Virus record (IMG/VR): IMGVR_UViG_3300023174_000047
Coordinates: 139,775 to 203,774 of that record
DNA from: a virus
Taxonomy: Duplodnaviria > Caudoviricetes
Length of the DNA stretch: 64,000 nucleotides
Reading direction: 5' to 3' (one strand)
Part shown: positions 41,484 through 49,882 of the stretch, in pieces
Layout of the letters: every line of letters starts with the position of its first letter
Numbering within the stretch: the first letter of the stretch is position 1
Notes under the pieces: generated by a model
Database searches by the model: none
The model's input: only the letters and a program-made list of their open reading frames with translations
What the model was told of the DNA's origin: nothing
Position numbers and translations under genes: made by a program

Positions 41484-41574
41484 TTAATACCTTATAATAA
41501 AAGCTCCTATTTTTTAGCTCAAAATATAGAGCTATAGCACGCAGCAAATTTGCAATTGCCGCAGTCCAGCTCAT
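41305..41574 (-). CDS. Putative i-spanin-like protein
   Basis: Hydrophobic N-terminus then charged coiled-coil; overlapped by the lipoprotein ORF. Confidence 0.45.
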   Translation of the reverse strand: MSWTAAIANLLRAIALYFELKNRSFYYKVLNESRDKQKDYILQIEKLRNSRSPYDADDADFMRMQLLEEKRFYKHISAAYATTPTLSAN

Positions 41575-41795
41575 TGAGCTGCAATCTTAGAAGCAAGCTT
41601 AGAGAGCACAAGCTCTAACCCACCAGCTATACCTGCAATTGCTCCGGCTACGATGGTAGTAGCATGCTCTGCACCATACCCTTGCGCAACGAGCCATGTT
41701 GTAGCTGCAGCTGCACTGACTGTTGTATATTTGAGTACCTGACGGACTATCCAACCTCTATTAGTTGAAATTACGGAAAAGATTATTGATTTCAT
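41571..41795 (-). CDS. Putative holin; start re-called at 41795
   Basis: Two small-residue hydrophobic segments; TAAATA 7 nt upstream; heads the lysis cassette. Confidence 0.45.
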   Translation of the reverse strand: MKSIIFSVISTNRGWIVRQVLKYTTVSAAAATTWLVAQGYGAEHATTIVAGAIAGIAGGLELVLSKLASKIAAQ

Positions 41796-41805
41796 ATAAA
41801 AGTAT

Positions 41806-42066
41806 TTAATCTCCTTTTGTGGCATTATTCCATTTTATTACCCAAAAATCAAATCCTCTCTCATTATTATCATAATAAACTTCATAACCGTGCGTTTCTA
41901 GCTCACGCATTATATCCAATGTAATATTAGCATCACATGTAATGGCAGTAAGGCCCTTCAAACATGCTTCATATATTTTGTTAAAGATAAATTGAAGGGT
42001 ATTTTCGAATGCATCTTCTGCAAGTAGCTTTGCTTCATATGCAGATATGTTAAGCGCTGTTGTCAT
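41806..42066 (-). CDS. Hypothetical protein
   Basis: 86-aa ORF with TTGCAA-15-TAAATT upstream. Confidence 0.55.
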   Translation of the reverse strand: MTTALNISAYEAKLLAEDAFENTLQFIFNKIYEACLKGLTAITCDANITLDIMRELETHGYEVYYDNNERGFDFWVIKWNNATKGD

Positions 42067-42129
42067 ATATGTTAATTTATGACAACAGCGCTATTTGCAA
42101 TGTAAGGAGTGTTAATAATGATCAAATAC

Positions 42130-42567
42130 TTAATCCAATATACTTGATGATGTCACTCGCTGCATTACATCACTAATATCATCTTCAGATGGGTTGTTAT
42201 TACCTTTTAATTCGAGCAATGCTTTGGTCCATTCATATACATTTTCATACTTTTTATTATGTAAAAACCATGATTTATGTCCGTCTGCCCGTACAATGGC
42301 AGGTCCATCTTCTCTATGCCGCATGTCATTTAAATACCATGATTTACTTCCATCTGCCCATTCATCAGCAGGTCCATCTTCTCTATGCCGCATGTCATTT
42401 AAAAACCATGATTTACTTCCATCTGCCCATTCAATAGCAGGACCATCTTCTCTATGCCGTTTGCCATTGAGCATCCATATTTTATTGCCATATCTATCAA
42501 CAGTCATAGTTGGCCGCTGCATTGCATTTTCATATAACATTACAATGTTTTTACAGTCTTTGTTCAT
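42130..42567 (-). CDS. HREDGPA-repeat protein, class A (late promoter + leader), 3 repeats
   Basis: MNKDCKNIVMLYENAM...TSSSILD; TAAATA-tacgcat-ATG. Confidence 0.9.
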   Translation of the reverse strand: MNKDCKNIVMLYENAMQRPTMTVDRYGNKIWMLNGKRHREDGPAIEWADGSKSWFLNDMRHREDGPADEWADGSKSWYLNDMRHREDGPAIVRADGHKSWFLHNKKYENVYEWTKALLELKGNNNPSEDDISDVMQRVTSSSILD

Positions 42568-42577
42568 ATGCGTATAT

Positions 42578-43123
42578 TTAATCCAATATACTTGATGAAG
42601 TCACTTGCTGCACTACATCATTGATTTGATCTTCAGAAGGTTTTTTGATGCCTTTTAATTTTAAAAGTGCTTTAGCCCATGCAAATACATCTTCATATCG
42701 GCTGCTGTTCAAATACCAACCTTTGTATCCATCTGCACGTTCAACAGCGGGCCCATCTTCTCTATGCACCTTGCCATGCAAATACCACGCTTTATCTCCA
42801 TCTGCTTGCTCAACAGCAGGACCATCCTCTCTATGCGCCTTGTCATTCAAATACCAATATTTATCTCCATTTGCACATTCAATGGCAGGACCATCTTCTC
42901 TATGCAACCTACCGTGTAAAAACCATTCTTTACGTCCATCTGTAAACTCAACAGCAGGACCATCTTCTCTATGAAACTCTCCATGCAAATACCATGCTCT
43001 ATTTCCATTTGTATATTCATGAGCAGGTCCATCTGTTCTATGCAATTTGTTTTTGATCATCCATTTTGTATTACCATGCTTATCAACAGTCATAGTTGGC
43101 TGCTGCATTATATTTTCATTCAT
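42578..43123 (-). CDS. HREDGPA-repeat protein, class B (sigma70-like promoter, no leader), 5 repeats
   Basis: TTGAAC-17-TATATT-7-ATG (MNENIM). Confidence 0.9.
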   Translation of the reverse strand: MNENIMQQPTMTVDKHGNTKWMIKNKLHRTDGPAHEYTNGNRAWYLHGEFHREDGPAVEFTDGRKEWFLHGRLHREDGPAIECANGDKYWYLNDKAHREDGPAVEQADGDKAWYLHGKVHREDGPAVERADGYKGWYLNSSRYEDVFAWAKALLKLKGIKKPSEDQINDVVQQVTSSSILD

Positions 43124-43164
43124 TGCTTTCAATATAAAGTATATGTTGTAGATGTTCAAGCACT

Positions 43165-43533
43165 TTAATCCAATATACTTGAAGATGTTACTTGCTGCAC
43201 TTTATCATTGATCTCATCTTCAGAAGGATCATTAATGCCTTTTAATTTAAGTAAGGCTTCAGCCCATGCAACTACATCTTCATATCGGCTGTTGTTCAAA
43301 TACCAACTTTTGTATCCATCTGCATGCTCAACGGCAGGACCATCTTCTCTATGCCGCATGTCATGCAACCACCACGCTTTACTTCCATCTGCATATTCTA
43401 CAGCAGGTCCATCTTCCCGGTGCCATTTGCCATTGAGTCTCCATATTTTAGTGCCATCTTTATCAACAGTCATAGTTGGCTGCTGCATTGCATTTTCATA
43501 CAGCATCGCAATGTTTTTGTTGTCTCTGTTCAT
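43165..43533 (-). CDS. HREDGPA-repeat protein, class A, 2 repeats
   Basis: MNRDNKNIAMLYENAM; TAAATA-tacgcat-ATG. Confidence 0.9.
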   Translation of the reverse strand: MNRDNKNIAMLYENAMQQPTMTVDKDGTKIWRLNGKWHREDGPAVEYADGSKAWWLHDMRHREDGPAVEHADGYKSWYLNNSRYEDVVAWAEALLKLKGINDPSEDEINDKVQQVTSSSILD

Positions 43534-43582
43534 ATGCGTATATTTAACCTAATATGCTTGATTAAATCGCATGATATACTCA

Positions 43583-44320
43583 TTATTGTTGCATTTCGGT
43601 GGGAATTTGAATAGGCATTGGAGCTCCTGAGGCCTTCCATGCAGATATACGAGTCTCATCAGCATCAGAAATTACATAGTCTTTATCGTTGATATTGATT
43701 GCTACGATGCTTGCAAGGCTTATATTTCGAATATGTACGCCAGTCTGTAACCCTTGATACACCCCCGGGTTAATACGGTTGATGTACTGCTCATAATCAG
43801 CCTTGTCTACTACTTCAAAATTGTCATTACCATTATTTTTAAGCAATACAGGCTTAAAGGAGGCTGCAACAGCAATGGGCTTATATCGGAGATACAACTG
43901 ACCATCCAACTCGACGAAAGCATCTGTATCTGGAATGGACTTATACTTGCTGTCTTTTGCAACAAAATTAGCTTCTGCACCTTCTCGCTCGCGTTGTTTG
44001 TTGACCTCTACAGAATATGAATGACCATACATGCCATTGAGTTGCGATACCTTGATTAGATATGTTTTACTAACTTTAAGCCCTGTCAAAACAAAAGGCG
44101 CGATGTTAGGAATTTTATTAGTATTTTCTCTGGTCACTTGAGTGACACTAAAGAAATTAGTACCAGGGTGGCTGGTTTTGAGCTGTTTAGTAAGATCAAC
44201 CAAGCCCTGCTGTGTAATGCTGTGCTGCGACTGCGGTGTTTGTGCGATGCCAAATGCCATTTCAGTATATAGGTTGTAAATGTTTGTGCTGTCAGTATTA
44301 TTCAGCAATGATGTATTCAT
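43583..44320 (-). CDS. Hypothetical protein, possibly late/virion
   Basis: N-terminal NIYNLYTEM resembles the class A leader; TAAGTA 6 nt upstream. Confidence 0.6.
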   Translation of the reverse strand: MNTSLLNNTDSTNIYNLYTEMAFGIAQTPQSQHSITQQGLVDLTKQLKTSHPGTNFFSVTQVTRENTNKIPNIAPFVLTGLKVSKTYLIKVSQLNGMYGHSYSVEVNKQREREGAEANFVAKDSKYKSIPDTDAFVELDGQLYLRYKPIAVAASFKPVLLKNNGNDNFEVVDKADYEQYINRINPGVYQGLQTGVHIRNISLASIVAININDKDYVISDADETRISAWKASGAPMPIQIPTEMQQ

Positions 44321-44385
44321 ATGCTTTACTTATTATATGTCACTTAAAGATACAGGCAACTATAATTCTTAAATAAAAAATAGTT

Positions 44386-44414
44386 GCACAAAACCTGAAA
44401 CACATATAAGATGC
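44386..44414 (+). promoter_or_regulatory. sigma70-like promoter TTGCAC-17-TAAGAT, 6 nt before ATG 44419
   Basis: Read directly from the sequence; leaderless geometry. Confidence 0.6.
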
Positions 44415-44418
44415 ACAC

Positions 44419-45363
44419 ATGAACCTACTCGCTGAATTCACTGCTCTTGCAACTGTATCGGATATTAATATTCCTGCTGAATATTTTAATCGAATTAAAA
44501 CTAATCGCGTTAATGTTGATAATATTTTTGGTGATGGCATCCTCCCTGGCAGCATATTCACAGTTGCTGCTCCTGGTGGCACTGGCAAATCAGTGTTTTT
44601 GCTTCAAATCTGTCAGAATCTCGCTCAAAATTACCGCGTCGGTTACATGAGTGGTGAAGAAAACATTTATATGATTGCCATTGCTGCCCGACGCTTGCAA
44701 TGCAATGATGTCCGTGTTGCGTCTGAGAGTCGGTTGTCAAAGATTCTTGAATGCATTGAAAATCATGATGTGTTGATTTTGGATAGCTTTCCGTGCATTG
44801 TGTATGATTTGCCAGATGCAGATGAATACAGCAAAGTTAAACAAAGTACACGTAATCTCGAGCTCATTATTAAAGCAGCTAAAAAGCACAAGTGTGCCAT
44901 TGGATTGGTACTACACATGACCAAGGACGGCAATTTTAAAGGCAGTACTGATCTCAATCATGCTGTTGAATGCAACATCTTCATTACCAAAGATGAAGAA
45001 GATGAAAGCATCCGAGTAATTGAAACACGTAAAAATCGTCTGGGTGCATGCGGTACATGGCGCTTTTCATTTGATATGCACGGCTACAACTTTGATGCAT
45101 TGCGTACAGAAGAGCAAGATGCATCACAAGAATTGCAGCAAACAGCTCGCGGCAAAAATCGCAACAATCAAATCCAAATGATTATGGAAATGCGCGAGCC
45201 ACCGCATATTACTGTGGAGCGTGTGTGTAATGAGCTTGACTGTGATGCCCAGCGTGCTAAGTATTTGTTGTGGTTGCTGGTTAGCGAAAATAAACTGGTT
45301 AAATTTGGTCGGGGGGCAGACTGTGTGTGGAAGCACAACATTCACGTCGAGCAATGTGTTTAA
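44419..45363 (+). CDS. RadA/Sms-like AAA+ ATPase with C-terminal winged-helix-like extension
   Basis: GILPGS...GGTGKS, YMSGEE, LILDS, LHMTKDGNFKGSTDLNHAV, KNRLG. Confidence 0.8.
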   Translation: MNLLAEFTALATVSDINIPAEYFNRIKTNRVNVDNIFGDGILPGSIFTVAAPGGTGKSVFLLQICQNLAQNYRVGYMSGEENIYMIAIAARRLQCNDVRVASESRLSKILECIENHDVLILDSFPCIVYDLPDADEYSKVKQSTRNLELIIKAAKKHKCAIGLVLHMTKDGNFKGSTDLNHAVECNIFITKDEEDESIRVIETRKNRLGACGTWRFSFDMHGYNFDALRTEEQDASQELQQTARGKNRNNQIQMIMEMREPPHITVERVCNELDCDAQRAKYLLWLLVSENKLVKFGRGADCVWKHNIHVEQCV

Positions 45364-45403
45364 TGTTGCAAATAATAGCAGCGCAGATATAAATTATGTC
45401 AAT

Positions 45404-45649
45404 ATGACGTTTGATAAATATTTTGCCATCAAGCTCAAGGACGATACGCTTGTATATGTTTCCTTAAGCATCCAAGGCATCAACATGCAGAGTGTGGATG
45501 ATAGTGACTTTACATATGAATTTGATGACGCAGGATTATCTGAGCAGCAAATCTGTGAAGCAGAAGAATATATTAATGCCAACATTAACTATTGGGTTGA
45601 ATTAATCATTGCAGGAGAGGATATTGAAGATTATGAATGCATTCGTTAA
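45404..45649 (+). CDS. Small acidic hypothetical protein; start re-called at 45404
   Basis: MTFDKYF...; strongly acidic, 81 aa. Confidence 0.55.
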   Translation: MTFDKYFAIKLKDDTLVYVSLSIQGINMQSVDDSDFTYEFDDAGLSEQQICEAEEYINANINYWVELIIAGEDIEDYECIR

Positions 45650-45856
45650 TTGCCTAATGTATATAATGTGCTTGTTTGCATATTTTATAATAACCTGCCT
45701 ATACAACATCATTGACGTGCTGGCATATTTTCTGTGGTGTGCCATTCAGCTTGTGAATACGTGCTGCGAGAAGCTTGATAGTATATTGAGTAGATATTCA
45801 GATTAACTAAATGCATTTTTAAGTTGATTTTATAATATTCACAAGCATCATTAAAG

Positions 45857-46408
45857 ATGAAAAAAATTCTATTTATACACATTAAAGATCCCACTACTGA
45901 TTTTCTTGAAACAGTATATGAAGATCGTAGAGATTGCACCATTGTACGTGGCAACCTATCCGTTACATTAATGAACGACCTCATTGATTATCATGATCAA
46001 GTAGTTATGATGGGACACGGCTCATCTAATGGCCTGTTTGGCGTAAATGGTCAATACATCATTAATTACAGTAATGCTGAAGCTCTCCGTAGTAAAAATA
46101 ACAATATTTTTATTTGGTGCTATGCCAAAGCTTTTGCTAAACAATTTAATCTGCCAGGCTTTTGCACCAATATGTTCATTTCTGAAGATGCAGAGGCTCG
46201 ATATATTCTTGGTAAAGACAAATATGTTGAAGCGCCTGAGAGCATTCTGGAGTCAAATAATTTGTTTGTTACACTTGTGAAGCGATATCTCGATAGTCCA
46301 ATTGCAGTTATGAGTGAGAGTATTATTAGAGAATACTGCGCTGAAAATCTTGCATCTGAATATAAAGAGGTTATCAATTACAACAATCATGGTCTAACAC
46401 TTTTTTAA
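45857..46408 (+). CDS. Hypothetical protein
   Basis: 183-aa ORF, MMGHGS...IFIWCYA motif. Confidence 0.7.
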   Translation: MKKILFIHIKDPTTDFLETVYEDRRDCTIVRGNLSVTLMNDLIDYHDQVVMMGHGSSNGLFGVNGQYIINYSNAEALRSKNNNIFIWCYAKAFAKQFNLPGFCTNMFISEDAEARYILGKDKYVEAPESILESNNLFVTLVKRYLDSPIAVMSESIIREYCAENLASEYKEVINYNNHGLTLF

Positions 46409-46412
46409 TAAC

Positions 46413-46586
46413 ATGGCAGGCAAAGGAGACAAATTAAGAAAAGGCGCTAATATGCAAGCATTTTGGAATAATTATGATAATATTTTTCATAAAAAAAATA
46501 TTAAGTTATTACCAGCAGATCATAAAACAGAACACATCAAATATGAAAAACAACCCACATCACAACCTGCAACAAAAACCAAATAA
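46413..46586 (+). CDS. Small phage protein (57 aa, MAGKGDK...NYDNIF), missed by the ORF track
   Basis: Resembles the short MxKGxK...N(Y/W)D.IF proteins recalled from T4-like phages. Confidence 0.6.
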   Translation: MAGKGDKLRKGANMQAFWNNYDNIFHKKNIKLLPADHKTEHIKYEKQPTSQPATKTK

Positions 46587-46725
46587 ACTTTTTCTCTTGT
46601 TGTTTATTTGTATTTTTTCTCTATCCCTAGCCATATACATTGGATACAATTCAATCCTGCCAGTTCATATGGATCCAATCGAATTTGATAACATCTACAC
46701 CAACGACATTGCACGTATATCTTAA
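46543..46725 (+). CDS. Possible small membrane protein
   Basis: Hydrophobic stretch LFLLLFICIFSLSLAIYI; overlaps the previous ORF. Confidence 0.35.
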   Translation: MKNNPHHNLQQKPNKLFLLLFICIFSLSLAIYIGYNSILPVHMDPIEFDNIYTNDIARIS

Positions 46726-46774
46726 CATGCACATCAGTTATTTGCTAAAATAAATTTATTAAAATTTAAATTTC

Positions 46775-47119
46775 ATGAACGATCATAATACATCAGATGT
46801 TCCCACACCACCTAAAACTACTAGAGTAATGCACGGCATCCATGCAGACGCTCACTTGTGGATAGGGATTATAGTAGGTGTTTTAATATGTGTAGGTGTA
46901 TACTTAAACACCGAAATTAATCGCAGTGCTCAACAGTCACCACCATATAACATTGATACCATTGTCGAATATGTATCAAAAGATATGACAGATAGCCCTT
47001 TGCGTAATAATCTGCTCATTGTATTTGGTACAGAATACAATGGCGATTCACAAGAGCTCAATAAATTGCTGAGCAAGTATGCAGAAATAAAGCTGAGCCA
47101 GATTAACCCTAGCATTTAA
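46775..47119 (+). CDS. Hypothetical membrane protein
   Basis: Single TM LWIGIIVGVLICVGVYL. Confidence 0.6.
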   Translation: MNDHNTSDVPTPPKTTRVMHGIHADAHLWIGIIVGVLICVGVYLNTEINRSAQQSPPYNIDTIVEYVSKDMTDSPLRNNLLIVFGTEYNGDSQELNKLLSKYAEIKLSQINPSI

Positions 47120-47129
47120 TAATACATCT

Positions 47130-47249
47130 ATGTCTCATACTGACTGCCCCGAATGCGCGGCCAGATCCTCCGCGCAATGGGTAAAAGCATACAGCACAGC
47201 AAACCTCGGAGTCGAGCGAGCATTGCCAGAACACGGATTAAACATATGA
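47130..47249 (+). CDS. Small CxxC peptide (39 aa) coupled to the RNA ligase
   Basis: MSHTDCPECAA...; its stop overlaps ATG 47246 (ATGA). Confidence 0.35.
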   Translation: MSHTDCPECAARSSAQWVKAYSTANLGVERALPEHGLNI

Positions 47250-48427
47250 ATTACATATCACAACACTTCTGGAATACTGAAACTAATTGCATTGATGGTT
47301 TTAAGCTATGGAGCGCTCTGCAGCTTCATATTAAAAGGGGCGAGCTTATTGTTAATGCTGGTAAAGGTGAACGTGAAGGTCTCGAGCTTGTAACTTATTC
47401 TAAAACTTATCAATATGAGCACAATTCCGTGCCTTGGGATCCTCTTGTACAGCATTGCCGTGGCATCATCTTTGATGCTGCTGATGACTATAAGATTGTA
47501 GCACTTCCTTTCTCCAAGTTTTTCAACTACGGCGAGGGTGGTATTCATTACCCGTCTGCAGATGCAGATATTACCAGCGTATATGAAAAAATGGATGGGT
47601 CTCTTGGTATTTGTTTCTTCTGGCACGGCAGATGGCACTTGACTACTCGTGGTTCTCTTAACTCTGATATTGGAGTTGTGGGTCAAAAGCTACTTGACCT
47701 TGCTCTTACGCGTAAAACTGCAGGAGTCTGGGATGAGACTCCTGGTGTTGAACTTGATATACATCGCACATACTTATTTGAGATCATCGATCCAATCTGT
47801 CAAATTGTCGTGAAATATAATTCGAGCATGCTTGTTGCTCTCGGTTCACGCAACAAGCATACAGGTGTGTGTTCTTATGGACGCTACAGCATTTATAATT
47901 GGCCAGACTATGCTACATCGTATCATTTTACAAACAAAGAAGAAATGACTGCATGGCTTAGTCTGACCAAGGGAACCGACTTTGAAGGCTTTGTGGTTCA
48001 TTTTTCAGACGGATCCATCTTTAAGTTTAAGTCTGAAGACTACATGCATCTACATCGCATCATTTCTCATTTCACATTCAAGCGGGTGCTTGAAGCTGTA
48101 CAAAAAAATGAACAAGAAGAAATTCGCAAAGTATTGCCAGAAGAGCTCATTCCTGAGTTTGATCGTTACTGCCGAATGATTGAAGATAAAGTAGAACACA
48201 TCATTGCTAATGTTGATAAGGCAGTTAGCAGTGCACCAAAAGATTCACGCAAAGAGTTTGCACTTTATATGCAGCAGTTTTATAGAGGTACAGATGCATA
48301 TAAATATGCATTCAAACTCTTGGATTTTGAAATGAACATTGACAAGCTTTACAAACACATTTTGCAAAGTCTCCACAAAGATGATTTTGTAGTTGAAGAA
48401 GGCAAAAATAAAGGTGATATTGACTAA
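47246..48427 (+). CDS. rnlA: RNA ligase 1 (T4 RnlA-like); start re-called at 47246
   Basis: CRGIIFD, PFSKFFNYGE, motif I EKMDGSLG, TRGS, TYLFEII, EGFVV, KFKSEDY. Confidence 0.92.
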   Translation: MNYISQHFWNTETNCIDGFKLWSALQLHIKRGELIVNAGKGEREGLELVTYSKTYQYEHNSVPWDPLVQHCRGIIFDAADDYKIVALPFSKFFNYGEGGIHYPSADADITSVYEKMDGSLGICFFWHGRWHLTTRGSLNSDIGVVGQKLLDLALTRKTAGVWDETPGVELDIHRTYLFEIIDPICQIVVKYNSSMLVALGSRNKHTGVCSYGRYSIYNWPDYATSYHFTNKEEMTAWLSLTKGTDFEGFVVHFSDGSIFKFKSEDYMHLHRIISHFTFKRVLEAVQKNEQEEIRKVLPEELIPEFDRYCRMIEDKVEHIIANVDKAVSSAPKDSRKEFALYMQQFYRGTDAYKYAFKLLDFEMNIDKLYKHILQSLHKDDFVVEEGKNKGDID

Positions 48428-48735
48428 TGAAAACAAATAGCCGCTCCGGATCAGACACGCGAGCTCAAGACATCAATATGACAACGAAGCTCATGGAGCG
48501 TCGCCTGCACCCTGCTTGTTCGGGCTTGCTACCATGTCCATTTTGTGGATGCCGGGCGGTTACTACTCGCCGATACATCGGATCTGACACCACCGCGGTC
48601 ATCGTGCGTTGCTGCTCTCGCCGCTGCCCAGTTCATCCCGAAACGACGCCATGCGACGAGAAGGGCACCCTGCGCGGAAAGGTCGGCGCGTGGGAAGTGT
48701 GGAGCCGTAGACTGACCAATGACATCGCACGTTAA
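48427..48735 (+). CDS. Lar-like restriction-alleviation Zn-finger protein in a GC-rich island
   Basis: LLPCPFCG...VRC...C...WSRR; counted GC 146/240 over 48481-48720. Confidence 0.6.
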   Translation: MKTNSRSGSDTRAQDINMTTKLMERRLHPACSGLLPCPFCGCRAVTTRRYIGSDTTAVIVRCCSRRCPVHPETTPCDEKGTLRGKVGAWEVWSRRLTNDIAR

Positions 48736-48834
48736 TCGATATGAATATACATCCAATTTGTTATTTTGATATGACGCAACAAGAAATTGAAACATTTTTG
48801 TTGCAAGTTTCTCAAAGACAACTACAATAGCGAC

Positions 48835-49113
48835 ATGAACAACGAAAATATTATTTGTGGATGCGGCAAGGCCGTAGAAATCGAGCGCATTCAGCTCATC
48901 AACAGTCGCATTTGTGCATCATGCGCATTTGAAACTCAAAAGAATCATCAAAAGCCGCGAGGTGTAATGATTTATGGTCATAAGACCGGTGCTGAAATTC
49001 AAGTACTTACGCATGAGCAATTCACGAATCACCGCAAATATAACCCATATGGCCGTCACACTGGTCATGGATCAGGTATACATCGAGTGACCAGAACTAC
49101 CTCCTGTATGTAA
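48835..49113 (+). CDS. Zn-finger hypothetical protein (C4-type N-terminus); start re-called at 48835
   Basis: ICGCG...ERI...ICASCA; TTGCAA-16-TACAAT-6-ATG. Confidence 0.65.
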   Translation: MNNENIICGCGKAVEIERIQLINSRICASCAFETQKNHQKPRGVMIYGHKTGAEIQVLTHEQFTNHRKYNPYGRHTGHGSGIHRVTRTTSCM

Positions 49114-49122
49114 TAACTCCAT

Positions 49123-49157
49123 AACACTATTTGTAATATATAATTACAAATAGTGTT
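49123..49157. repeat. Perfect 15-bp inverted repeat with 5-nt loop
   Basis: AACACTATTTGTAAT-atata-ATTACAAATAGTGTT, intergenic. Confidence 0.9.
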
Positions 49158-49188
49158 GATTTTATTAAAATAGACACCATCATAACAT

Positions 49189-49392
49189 ATGAATAAAAAT
49201 AAACAAAGCCGTAGTTTTGATATCAGCGAAAACATTGAATTTTATCATCGCCGCTGGATTGGTGGCGGGCTACACACACTTGGCAATAATATTGCTGGAG
49301 CATTTGGTATTACAAAAAAAGAATGGAATCGCAAGATTGAAGAGCGCAACCGCAGCAACAAGACTCTCAAGAAAAAATCTGCAACTAAGTGA
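49189..49392 (+). CDS. Small basic hypothetical protein
   Basis: 67-aa ORF with promoter-like TTGATT-16-CATCAT upstream. Confidence 0.55.
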   Translation: MNKNKQSRSFDISENIEFYHRRWIGGGLHTLGNNIAGAFGITKKEWNRKIEERNRSNKTLKKKSATK

Positions 49393-49401
49393 GCAATCAT
49401 T

Positions 49402-49878
49402 ATGAATGCAATGTTTTTAGTGCTAGGTGACTGGTATAGCAATGTTTCTTTCAACTATGAAAGAATACTTGTTTTAAGCAACAAGACAGTCATTGAAATT
49501 CAAAATGCCTATAAAACATCCTGCAAGCTAACGGGTGTATCATTTCATCGCAGCAACGACCCCTCTGATCAAAAAGAAGCATATGATCATTTCATTGCTA
49601 CAGACCGCGATCAGGGTTTTGAAGTCTCTGACGAGACTAAGCAAGCACTCAATCTGCATGGCTATAATTTTGATGAACATTTGGCTTTTGGATTCAATGA
49701 AGATAATATGCAGGTGAAGTTAAACAGTGCTATCTTTTTGCATCTCTGGACAGAATTCGTTAAGCTGAGTCTTCCAGATCTAATCATTACCGCATATGAT
49801 GGTACAACTGCGATACCTGTAATTAATGGGTACTGGGATGATGAACTCAATGTGTATTTTGCCCGTGGATTGTATTAA
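49402..49878 (+). CDS. Hypothetical protein
   Basis: 158-aa ORF, VLGDWY...H-like N-terminus. Confidence 0.65.
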   Translation: MNAMFLVLGDWYSNVSFNYERILVLSNKTVIEIQNAYKTSCKLTGVSFHRSNDPSDQKEAYDHFIATDRDQGFEVSDETKQALNLHGYNFDEHLAFGFNEDNMQVKLNSAIFLHLWTEFVKLSLPDLIITAYDGTTAIPVINGYWDDELNVYFARGLY

Positions 49879-49882
49879 AAAT

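Noticed and set aside
47153-47245. N-terminal extension of RNA ligase 1 in the ORF track
   Set aside because: The ligase domain starts at 47246, and the interval is better explained by a coupled 39-aa ORF in another frame.
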